A DNA stretch of 63,929 nt from Phoronis australis. Its lineage: Eukaryota > Animalia > Phoronida. Position 1 is the first letter of the stretch. Every line of letters begins with the position of its first letter. A program made the position numbers and the translations under genes. The notes beneath the pieces were generated by a model. That model saw only the letters and a program-made list of their open reading frames with translations. It had not been told where the DNA came from and ran no database searches. The stretch spans positions 40,106 through 104,034 of the forward strand of contig NMRA01000121.1 in assembly GCA_002633005.1 (NCBI GenBank), in the 5' to 3' direction. Of the stretch, positions 37,001-46,358 are shown one piece after another.

Positions 37001-40000
37001 GACAGCCCTGGAATACCAGTACAATGATATTTGCTCCCAACTTTTACAGTTACTTAACTAATGTATTCCATCTTGAGTCCCCATGTCGTCCTAAACACCA
37101 TCATCTTCGTGATTAACCATTGTGTTCATGTCAGTTTCATTGTATTTGCGGTCACATTTGGATTAGTTGCAGTGTGTTGTTCTTTGCAGAGCTCCGATCG
37201 CATGTGGCGCAAGAACCGTCGGCCCAGTCGCTACAGGGGCTGTGAGGGTGTAGACCTGAACAGAAACTTTGGATATTATTGGGGAGGTCAGTTGGTTCAG
37301 ATTTTCTTGAATTACTCTTGCCGTGTTAAAATGGGTTCCTCGTCATAAAAAGCATACATAGACCCATCCTAGGGTTAATGCCAGGTCATATAGACGTCAG
37401 GGTTTGGTCGACACATCAACACATCATAACGGAAGTTATTGTGTAGCGTTATAGCCATAGGGAGGACGGGAGTGTCAGTGGTCGTAAAATAATCGAATGG
37501 ACTTGGAAATGAAGAATGAAGAGACTGACCAATCATGTGCCTGTTGACCACACCGCCACACTCGGCGGTCTGCATTACGTCTGACGAAACTCAAACCCTG
37601 TGCATATTATCGTAGATATGAAGCCAAATATGAAGGCTGACACAGTTAGTGAAATCGTGCTTGTATTATTTTTTCAAGGCTTCAGCGTGAGTTTCAGTGT
37701 CTGGTACGATAAATACATGGAAAGAAACCAACATTCTTTCAATGCAAATAGCAGACGTTTCTTCTTTTTGCAACTTAACAGTGATCGAGTATTTAGCTGA
37801 TTTTCTGTGTAACAGCTGGTTTCTCTTCCGCAAACCAGTTGGTGACATTGTTGCCGTTAGTTAACTTTGTAGAGGATAATTGTTCGACTTTGCAGTCTCC
37901 GGCACCAGTACTGATCCCTGTTCCGATATCTATGGTGGGCGAGGAGGCTTTTCGGAACCGGAAAGTCAGAACATGCGCGACTTCATACTGACGATTGCGT
38001 CAACAACTGACATGTACTTATCGTTTCACTCGTACGGACAAATGTGGCTCCACTCCTGGGGTTACACGCGAGATGATGCTCCCGATGACAGTTTGCTAGT
38101 AAGTTGTGTGCATGTGAAACCGGTTTACTGATATAGTTAATCCGTAATTTAACCTTCAGTAGCAGTGTTCAAACAAAGAAAGGTACATTGATAGCAAAAC
38201 AGTTGTTCCAAGTATAATGGTGATAATGAAATCTGTGAAATGCTGTTAAAGTTTTCAATGTCATTTCGTTTTCATTTCTCTGCATTTTTTTATTCCCTGT
38301 TCATGAAAATCGTATAAGTCCTATTCTTGATGGACCCCATGCTAAAATGGAACAACGTTTTGGAGAAAAGTGGGTAAAAATACTAGTTAAAGGATCCATG
38401 CGAATCTGAATATCCAATTCTGAGCTACGGTATTCCGAACTTAACCAAAAATTGAACATTGTCTAAAATATTACAAAACTTTATTAAGCATGGAACGCGA
38501 AAGCTCTTCAAAAATATCTTTTTAACAATTCCTGACGAATGTGCCATCTTGCGACGTCTAGTACAGACTTATTCAGTTTCCCTTGTGAGGAAGTTTTCGG
38601 AAAAATCACAAAATTCACGATTTTTGAAATACGCACGAAGGAACAACTCTGTGGTTACCACAGAGTTTCTAAACTCCCTCCCACATGCGCTCAGTCAGTT
38701 GCTTAAAGTCGCTTGAGGTCAAAGGTCACATTTTCAATATAAGGGAAATGTGCTACGTCTATGTCTTGCCATACCAAATAAGTAGACGTGCTTTGCTTGG
38801 TGGGAGAAAAATCGACGAAGTGGCTAGCAGTTGACAGATCGTTTTTTTTTAAATTTGAAACTAAAAAATGCTTTGACATCAACAGGAATAAAAAATCTTT
38901 ATGAACAAACTCTAAAAATACCTGATGAACAGGTTCAATTCTGTTGTTTCAGTGGCAGAGAACCACTCAATATTGCAATTTAGTCTGTTTATCACGTTCT
39001 AGGCCTCTTTAAACTTTAGGTCACTAGTTCTGAAGGGACTCTTCATTTCCAGATTTCCAAATAATGAACTATCACACTGGTTTAGGCCTCATACAAAACA
39101 GGCACCCCACTTTCTAGCGACACAGTTTAACTGGCGCATTACAGAGCGGAACCGCCATGAAGGCACTGACTATTAGCGGCGTTGCCTATTTGGGCTGGCA
39201 ATCGCGAGGAGGGAGCTGGAAGTGTTAGGCAGCCTATATTAAGCAACTAATCCTGGTTGCAAGGAGTCTCTATTGTTAATCAAGCCTCAGTCTTCCGAAA
39301 ATGTGGGTGCGTCCGTCCCACTCAAGTACTGCGTGAGGCTAATTTTGACTGTCGTACCCACAGGATAACGTCGGCGCTGAAGCAACACAACGAATTCGAT
39401 CGATGTATAGGAAACGCTATACGTATGGTTCCGCTGCGGATGTGTTATGTAAGTACATGTACTAAAAGTCTCCTTGGTTAACCTCATTATTTTTCACTTT
39501 TTTCAGACGTTACACAGGTTTCTGTTCAATAGCTACTCAGTTAAAATGGTAAAAGACGCCTTCTATGACAAAAAACTGATTTTAACTAGATCACTCACGG
39601 TTTTGAAACAGGTCTCAAAATTTTCTTTGGTTAAATTCGAGAAGATTCCACAGGATTGACAGTTCGTTATTGCTTGAGACAAGGATTTTTCCTAATTGTC
39701 TTGTCGCGACGTGTGATTTTATGGGCCCGTCATGGTCTCAAGAAATAAATAACAGGGTGTCAGTTCTTTGCAAGCCAACGTCGAGTTGAAGAACAAGTTG
39801 AGGCCAATTTCATATCGGTTCGTGGTATAAATCAAAAGTTCGCGTGCTGGACGAAGATCTGGCGGGCTTTCAGTAACTCTAGGACTTAGTTAAAATCTAG
39901 CCAAAGTCAAGTGTACGGCAATGTCTCACGTAAACTTGCGACGTCTTGTTTTGTAGCGAGGTCATAGCTTTATTGAACGGGAGCCTGGTTTATAACCGCT

Positions 40001-40408
40001 TCCGGCGGGCCATTTGAAGAGGCCAGGGTCAAACTTAGATTACTTCAAACTAAAACAAGAATAATGAGAAACGACAAATACCGAAAAGAAATTGGCAATC
40101 TTCTTTTTCTTTACTAAATCTCATTTCTCTCTCACGTGTCGCATTTTGTACAAGGTGTTTTAGTCATGTTTTAAGCAAGCATCGCTACATGTATTTATTT
40201 TTCAGACGCTTCCGCTGGAGGTTCCGATGATTGGGCGAAGGGCGGAGCAGGAATTAAGTATTCATACACGGTTGAGTTGAGGGACACAGGAAGATATGGT
40301 TTCGTGCTGCCGAGTTCACTCATTCAACCAACCGCCGATGAGGCGTGGGGAGGCGTTAAGGCTGCTGCTACAAAAATCAAACAACTGCATCCCAATGGAA
40401 CAAAATAG
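21933..40408 (+). CDS. Zinc metallocarboxypeptidase M14A, carboxypeptidase B-like preproenzyme, whole gene: join(21933..22015,22662..22737,27424..27560,28963..29059,30385..30483,33255..33362,35311..35409,37190..37286,37896..38098,39364..39448,40206..40408), 428 aa
   Basis: Signal peptide [18 protein letters not shown], then an activation pro-domain. Catalytic motifs: GIHAREW (Zn ligands H/E), [30 protein letters not shown] (third Zn ligand), LY, GGSDDW (Asp at the specificity position) and VELRD (catalytic Glu). All 10 introns are GT-AG with consistent phases; 1287 nt total. Confidence 0.93.
22662..22737 (+). CDS. Carboxypeptidase exon 2 (pro-domain)
   Basis: Acceptor tttcag|A; [25 protein letters not shown]; donor |gtaagg. 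Confidence 0.85.
23043..23309. mobile_element. MITE-like element with ~49-bp imperfect TIRs enclosing a tRNA-like sequence
   Basis: Left gtctgcac...tattggccacctcaagtgacctaatgaacataagt (23043-23091) is the inverted match of acttatgttctttaagtcacgtgaggtggtcaataaatgacgtgcagac (23261-23309). Confidence 0.75.
23090..23169 (-). other. Degenerate tRNA-like / Pol III type 2 promoter cassette
   Basis: Minus strand gtttccgaTGGCTTAGTGGctagagta...aatgGTTTCGAGTCCagtcgggggac has an A box, a B-like box and complementary acceptor-stem ends. The anticodon arm is not canonical. Confidence 0.6.
24311..24350 (+). ncRNA. Minimal type I hammerhead-ribozyme-like motif (Penelope pLTR), degraded
   Basis: CTGATGA (24315-24321), t, stem AGAC-atgca-GTCT, GAAA (24338-24341), TATA. 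It lies immediately upstream of a Penelope-like ORF start. Confidence 0.55.
24311..24551 (+). mobile_element. Penelope-like element remnant (pLTR plus N-terminus of the ORF)
   Basis: [45 protein letters not shown] resembles, from recall, the conserved N-terminus of Penelope/Poseidon-type ORFs. It is preceded by a hammerhead motif. Confidence 0.5.
27424..27560 (+). CDS. Carboxypeptidase exon 3 (pro-domain)
   Basis: [46 protein letters not shown]; donor TC|gtaagt. Confidence 0.9.
27596..27653. repeat. Perfect hairpin, 27-bp arms and 4-nt loop
   Basis: tttaaaataatgtctggtaaaacagta-tgct-tactgttttaccagacattattttaaa. Confidence 0.95.
28963..29059 (+). CDS. Carboxypeptidase exon 4 (pro/mature junction)
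   Basis: [32 protein letters not shown]; donor |gtaaca. Confidence 0.9.
30385..30483 (+). CDS. Carboxypeptidase exon 5
   Basis: [33 protein letters not shown]; donor |gtgccg. Confidence 0.9.
30505..30600. repeat. (GCA)-rich degenerate microsatellite
   Basis: gcagcagcagacgcagcaacaaacgcagcagc... in intron 5 of the carboxypeptidase. Confidence 0.85.
30617..31227. mobile_element. Mutator (MULE)/foldback-type non-autonomous element, 611 bp
   Basis: Perfect 9-bp TSD AATAGCACT (30608-30616, 31228-31236). Subterminal ~17-bp repeats (cccgggttctatgtgt) on the left have inverted counterparts (gggaca...) on the right. Confidence 0.8.
31393..31819. mobile_element. MITE with ~37-bp TIRs
   Basis: gtgcccggttgcatggaacagtcccaaatagggactc versus gagtccctatttgggactgtttcatgtaaccgagcac. 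The TSD is not resolved. Confidence 0.75.
33255..33362 (+). CDS. Carboxypeptidase exon 6 (HxxE zinc motif)
   Basis: [36 protein letters not shown]; donor |gtaagt. Confidence 0.95.
33661..33818. mobile_element. Small MITE-like inverted-repeat element
   Basis: cgttcagtaacgctaggacct ... aggtcctagcgtctactgaacg. The core cgagacttcgcgagat recurs near 4370 and 12985, and a related end occurs at ~39955-39988. Confidence 0.55.
35311..35409 (+). CDS. Carboxypeptidase exon 7
   Basis: [33 protein letters not shown]; donor |gtatgt. Confidence 0.95.
36117..36620 (+). mobile_element. Kolobok-like DNA transposon left end with THAP-domain ORF (36382-36618), cut by N at 36621
   Basis: TTAA|AGGCGAAGGCAAC terminus. 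[15 protein letters not shown]...LHRFP...W...LCGKHF...YE has the C2CH THAP signature with conserved P, W and F, and is followed by a GT donor. Confidence 0.7.
37190..37286 (+). CDS. Carboxypeptidase exon 8
   Basis: [32 protein letters not shown]; donor G|gtcagt. Confidence 0.95.
37896..38098 (+). CDS. Carboxypeptidase exon 9
   Basis: [30 protein letters not shown]...[17 protein letters not shown]...SLL; donor |gtaagt. Confidence 0.95.
38391..39008. mobile_element. TTAA-flanked non-autonomous DNA element (Kolobok-like), copy 1
   Basis: TTAA|AG ... CT|TTAA boundaries. About 500 bp match 62507-63185 in reverse complement. Confidence 0.6.
39364..39448 (+). CDS. Carboxypeptidase exon 10
   Basis: [28 protein letters not shown]; donor T|gtaagt. 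Confidence 0.9.
40206..40408 (+). CDS. Carboxypeptidase terminal exon 11
   Basis: [67 protein letters not shown], then TAG. Confidence 0.95.
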
Positions 40409-40529
40409 TTCAGAAATGGAAATTTTGTTTTCTCTGTGTATAAAGATGAATTGGAATTATGGCATTTTGGAATGGCTTTAAAACATTACAACGATCCGAC
40501 GTCCATCAAAGACTTACACAGCCGAACTT

Positions 40530-40535
40530 AATAAA
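40530..40535 (+). promoter_or_regulatory. Candidate polyadenylation signal of the carboxypeptidase gene
   Basis: AATAAA about 120 nt downstream of the stop codon. Confidence 0.45.
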
Positions 40536-41501
40536 AATGTTTAGATGCGAACTTTGTGGTATCTGAGCAGATCTCTCCAGCGTTGACATGCGATTCTGAG
40601 CTGAAAGAGTTGCTATTAATACAGTGCATCTGTCGTTTCCAGTACATCTTGTAAAACAGCCCAATCAGTTCGTTGCTCCATCTCACAGTACAACTAGCCA
40701 ATGTAACGATTTGCCATCTTGTGACCATGTCAGGGATGCAACTTTTCAAAAGCACCGGCATTTTAAGTTGCACTTTTTGTAAAAAACATAGTTTATGCCC
40801 TTCTAATAGAGCATTATTTAGTTAGACGTGGTGCTGTGTGCTGTCTTTTAGTCAATCAGAAGCTGGGAATTTTAGAAGGTGCAGAACTATTCTAACGTGG
40901 CTGCCTTTATACCTGCTTTCCCGCTTGAATGCTGCATTCACTTTCGTATAATGAATTCAAGCTGATCAGACTTTATTTCCTGTGAATGACGTGGGCAGAA
41001 ATCAGTGGTTGTTTGAAGTATAGCTTCCTGTGGAAGATAAAGAAAATGAGGACGTGTCTTGTCCTGTCATCTCTTATGAAGTAATTGATACAGTCACAGT
41101 TTAATCTATTACTTCACTGCACCATTCTAGTTTCATGAGGGCGTTAATGAAGGCGCTACAAAAGGAACCACAGACAAGTTGCACACTCTTTCAAAGCGCT
41201 CAACGTCGCTTTAAATATCCTGTTGCTGGCGATAAACTGATAAATACCGTCAGATGCTCGATAGGGAAGATTAAAACTCTGATCGTGAAAAAGGCGAATC
41301 GGTCGCACGTTAAGAGCCATGCCGAAAACGTCAACGCCATGAATGACATCAGAAATTTATGGTATGACGTCACTAGAGGCAACAATTATGAGGTCTTGAG
41401 CGTTTCCATAACCGGACAAGAGATGCAAAAACAAGTACATTTGGAGGTGGAGTAACATTTTTTATAATTAGCGCGTAAGTAAATAACGACATATCTATCC
41501 A

Positions 41502-41545
41502 ATCCAACGTTTCGGTTTATTTCATTAAACCATTCTCAAGGAAAC
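41502..41545 (-). ncRNA. Minimal type I hammerhead ribozyme motif (U3-A8 core variant) of a Penelope-like element
   Basis: Minus strand TCC-TTGAGAA-t-GGTTTA-atgaaa-TAAACC-GAAA-CGTT-GGA: stem I TCC/GGA, a perfect 6-bp stem II and a palindromic AACGTT stem III. It sits just downstream of a GIY-YIG ORF. Confidence 0.65.
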
Positions 41546-41963
41546 AGTTACAAACACAAAACAAGGGACACAGGTAGAGAAGAGACTGTACAGGTACACA
41601 TTATGTCAAAATGCATTGTGAGGGGGAGAGACCAGAAATCAAAACGGAGCTCAAATGAACCAATGTTTCTATTGAGGTAACGCTTCAACCGTATATGCAT
41701 AGCCTCCTTTATGAGGAGCCTGAGGGTGGCATTATCCTTGTCTAGGATCTGAACACCTGAGCAATCTATAGTGTGACCAGTTGTCAAGGAATGATTGAGA
41801 ACAGCACTGTGTGTGTCTTTACAGTGTTCTTTGACTCTTATGCTAAGAATCCTGTTTGTCATTCCAATGTAAAACTGTTCACAGTCACTGCAGTTGAGTT
41901 TGTACACTGTAAAGACACACACACTGCTGTTCTCAATAATTCCTTGACAACTGGTCACACTAT
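41502..41963 (-). mobile_element. Penelope-like retroelement 3' fragment: GIY-YIG endonuclease, pLTR and a ~60-bp inverted duplication
   Basis: VYKLNCSDCEQFYIGMTNRILSIRVKEH...SAVLNHSLTTGH...LLIKEAMHI...LNRN shows the PLE-type GIY-YIG with CxxC and EH...H motifs. 41768-41827 is inverted-repeated at ~41904-41963. Confidence 0.85.
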
Positions 41964-44900
41964 AAATAAAATCCCAATAGATATCGATTTAGTTGAACAA
42001 GAAAAAATTGGGCATGGAAAAAGGGTTGGGCCAAGAACCCCTTTTGAATAAAAGGTTGTAAATTTGAACATTTTCTAAAAATGGACTTTTGTCAGTTTGT
42101 GATAAATGATATTTTTCTCCAGTCGTTCTAAGAGGAAAAGAGGTACAATAGAAGATCAGCAACACCTCGCTACATCTGACTTCGGTGTAATGTTCATGCG
42201 CGTCAAAGTGAAAAATAGTAAATCTTCTTACAACAAAGCAAAAGAAAGAAGACTTTAGTGTCGTGGGCGCCGTCACTAAAGAATACATAGATAAAACAGT
42301 TGCATCACTTTCTCAAGGGCTGAGTGACCAATAAACTGAAAGGTCTAGCAAAAAGTCATTCAAAACACTTTGCTGGTTAGAAGTAATTGCAGCGTCAGAC
42401 GTTAAGAAAACGCCCAACTCGCAATTGGTCAAATCTCGGCTCGACATTTCGAATTTGAGGTCGCCAAAATTGTAGTACCGCAAATGCGTGATAAGTGTCG
42501 CTTGCGACGATGTCGACTGCGATACTAACACAACCGCGCGGCTGCGGCAGGACTAGGTCTAGTAGGAAACGACCAAAAATGACAAAGAAACGCGACTGTT
42601 AGTGAGAAACTGTGGATTGTTTCATGTTAAATGTTCATTGACACTTTATGGTATTAGAAAGTAAACACGAACACCATTCTATTGTATTATCAGTCATGTT
42701 GGAATGTAGGGCTTAAATTTTTCCAAATCGTCACAGTTCTCTTAGACGCAGCGCTACAATTGATCGCTTTGCCTATGCAACTCGGCCCGTTTTAATCGTT
42801 TGCTCATGACTACGCCAGTCATGATCAATGTGTGTCAAGCTATCACAACTGATCTGCCATCGGCACGGCCAGATTTCCACGCTGCTGCCATAGCACGCCT
42901 ACTATACGACACTTCTTGTACAAACGCGATTCTCGCTGTAATACCTGTAATAATACAACATCTACCATATCGTTTTATGTAAACGCGTTTCCTGAAGTAC
43001 TTACACTGTCTATACACAAGTTACCCACAGAACTGCAGGTGTAAGAGCTTACAACTCTTTTCTGAAACAGCGGAGGTTCACTCGCCGTCTTCTTTGACTG
43101 AAACGGACCGATGTTCTTAAAGACTGATCCCACTATTTATGTGCGTGCTGATGTCCGCAGTAACTTCATAGACACTTTAACTGGATCAAAACGTTTTCAC
43201 GCTCCATTGTACATAGCCGTCTTATACAAACGCAGTTTTCGTTTGAAAGACGTCCATATAGCGTAATAAAAGCGCAAAAACGACGGTTGCTGTCCCCGCG
43301 TAGCAAATGATGGTAGAATGTAAGAGCGTGCCTCGCTCGCCGATACGTTTCTCAAAGAAACCATGTCAAAGTGCCACACTAGATCTCAAATTAGATCTTG
43401 TTTCACGTATAACAAGCTTGTTTTGAAGGATGAAGATAATTACGCAACTCGAAATACCATTTTCATAAATCTTTATTAAACAAAATACAGATAACATAAC
43501 ATAACATGATTAGAAACATAAAGCAGACCATTCTCGTCCACAAACATACAAACATGCCTCATAGGGGTCATTTGCAATTCCAAGTCATCTCAAAATAAAA
43601 GCAACCTAAGGGTTCGAATTGGCGAGTACCAGCTCGCATTTTGCGACATCAAATTGCATGAGCTCGAGACTTCACTCGCGATTTCAGTTTACGTTACTCA
43701 ACTCGTCAAACATTTGTTTAATACAGAGAGCAGGCACCCTTAGCAATTTGACGTGTTGCGATTTCTTGTGTAATTGATTATATCACATTTGACTCAACCC
43801 AACAGTTCTCTTTAAGGACTATCACAGGTTAAAAGTATAAGTATCTGTTTTAAAGTGAAATAAAAGGATATCAAACCCTGTTCTAGTCCATGAACAGATA
43901 TTAAAAACGGATTATCTGTCCCAAGTTCTCTGAACCAAAAGTTTGGAAGACATTTTGAAAACTCTTTTCAGAACGCTGTTAAATGGGCACGCGGCTATGC
44001 TTTTACCGAATTGCACGACAACTGTGGAGAAAGACCAACCACCAAGAACCACAACATCCAATCTCTGACCGGGAGTACGAGTTTTTTCAGCTGATTCCTG
44101 CTTTAATCGTTCAAGATATACGCCAATGACTGAGTTAGCAGGTGACAGAACGAGGATTGGCGTAACTGAATGATCAAAACGGGGTTTAGTATCCTTTTAA
44201 AATCCAGTAGTATTATCTCAGTAGATTAAAAGTTTATTGCTGTAAGGTATTAGTAACTTGTGACAGTAATTTGATTATAAACGAGCAGCTTGCTTATCAA
44301 TTTAATTTTTAGCAGCAAACAGCTACTAGAGCCACCCCTTAGCTGCAAAACGCCAAATTTAGCGGCAGAGCCAGTGGATGAGGTATTTGACCATCTTTGT
44401 AAAGAACAAGCGGCGCCAGTTGATACGCTTCGGAAGTTTTGGAAAGAGATAATTTTCAATGTATTCAAGAAAACTATCTCCACTACTTATTTATTTGGGT
44501 TGGTGACCGCAAAGGACAAAAACAACATTACTAGGCATTGGTGAGAATTGCAGCAGCATTCTAACATTAGCCGGACCTTAATTACTCCAGAAAAGTTGTA
44601 AGTGTTAAGTCACGACAAGCGTATATCAGATTACCAATTAAAAAAGGCATTAAGACAAGAACAATAACAGAATCAAGTTAAATAGGGGACTTTTCATATT
44701 GGCGCTGTCTAGAGTAATGAGAGCAGAAAGATGACTTCCCGACACTAAATTTAATTACTACAGTGTACATGGTGGTTCAAAAATATGACAGCAGGGAAAT
44801 AAACTCAACCGTTTGATTAGGTAGTGTAAATTCACTAATTCATTTCGGCTTTTTGACATCGTCTGGGATCGAAATTCTCCCGCTTTATCAGCGACAGCCA

Positions 44901-45148
44901 CTGGCTTTGTAGCGCATTCATCTTCGCATTGAGAAATGTATGGAAAAGGACGTCCCTTTTCGTTAATTGATATTTCAAAGGATTTTTCTTTTTTCGTAAG
45001 GATATCCCATAACAAAGCAGTGCTCATTTGCCGTCATTATAATATCAAGAAGGTTTTAAAACGCTGTCTATACCAGTAGGTTGAAACCTCGCGTCTGCAA
45101 TACATGGGATCTGTAGGAGGCGCTGGACGACTGTCCAACAAAGACTAT

Positions 45149-45220
45149 CCTCTCGCTGCTTCCCTGCGTGCCGCTAGGTGGTAGCCAGCATGCTGGCACG
45201 CAGGGAACCAGCGAGAGACT
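45149..45220. repeat. Short hairpin MITE-like element
   Basis: ctctcgctgcttccctgcgtgcc ... ggcacgcagggaaccagcgagag form an inverted pair. Confidence 0.7.
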
Positions 45221-46157
45221 ACCCTCTTACACAGCGCCACCTATACTGAAAATTGGCCCTATGGAAATATGAAGAACGACACACGGAATTCCGAGTGTGG
45301 GCATCAATGCGCATGCTTGGTCGGAAGTTTATCAATCACATCGCCACCACTTGCACACGCCTTCTATTCACTATACTTGTTTGGGCTCAGCCACGGCACC
45401 TATTTAAGTCAAAGGTGGTCGCTATACTACGTAACGGTAAACTAAAAAGGGTTTCCAGATTTCAACCAATGAGAATGACTGAATGTTATGACGTCGATTT
45501 CATTACTTTAACCAATGAGAAGCCCTGATAAACAACATTGCACAGTGCTACCTTTCGTAGCACTGTGAAAGAGTGTACAACAAAGACCTGATCGCCGTCT
45601 GGCGGGTTAGTGAATGTCAACAAGGTGTGGCTATATATCCAATGTCAGCTATTGATATTGCAGGTACCTGAACAGCAACATTAAGTGTATTTCGGAGACT
45701 GGGCACCAATGGCCAAAACAGTGCATTTTGAAGAAAAAATACTGAGGGGTATCTCGCGTGTCCGTCCACCATTTTGTAATGGATTACGGAAGTTTTGCTC
45801 AAATAGTATTTTAGAAATTATCTTCTTGGTTTTACCGAATCATGTGCTTCAAATATGGGCATTATCACGTGAGCCATGTACGCTGACGTAGAGAGGTACA
45901 TTCAGAACATCACTAATTCTGGCAATGACAGCATTTGAACCCACGCGCTTTTACGTTGAACTCGAAATAACATTTTTTAAACTTGCAAGAACAAAGAAGA
46001 AAGCAATGAAAGTAAAAACTCGTGTCATCTTGAAATAGTATAGTTTGTTACTAAAAGGTGGCAATTGATGACCTCCCGGGTTTGAACTTTCTGTTCCCGT
46101 CCACGCACGACATCCTGGTTCTTTTTAAGATTTGCGAGGCTCTTAGTTGTCTATTAG

Positions 46158-46358
46158 TCAGAGAGGGCACTGGGGTGCTTCCTTGAAGATTGTCGTGAAA
46201 TTGATCAGCACGAATATAAGAACGGAAAGCACAAGGATAGCCAAGACCTCCGTAGCTCCAGTGACCACTAGATGTCGCTTCCCCTGATCCTTCATCAGCA
46301 CAGCGATGCCTACCTTGCCATAAGCCCATATGGAGGACATAGATAACCAAGCGAATAA
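46158..46358 (-). CDS. SLC52A: SLC52 terminal coding exon 3
   Basis: Acceptor gttctag|TTA; LFAWLSMSSIWAYGKVGIAVLMKDQGKRHLVVTGATEVLAILVLSVLIFVLINFTTIFKEAPQCPL, then TGA. It resembles the SLC52 C-terminus. Confidence 0.85.
   Translation of the reverse strand, partial: LFAWLSMSSIWAYGKVGIAVLMKDQGKRHLVVTGATEVLAILVLSVLIFVLINFTTIFKEAPQCPL

Noticed and set aside
41773-42051. Plus-strand ORF resembling the minus-strand ORF start (MTSCQG...)
   Set aside because: This is a by-product of the 60-bp inverted duplication in the Penelope remnant, not a second gene.
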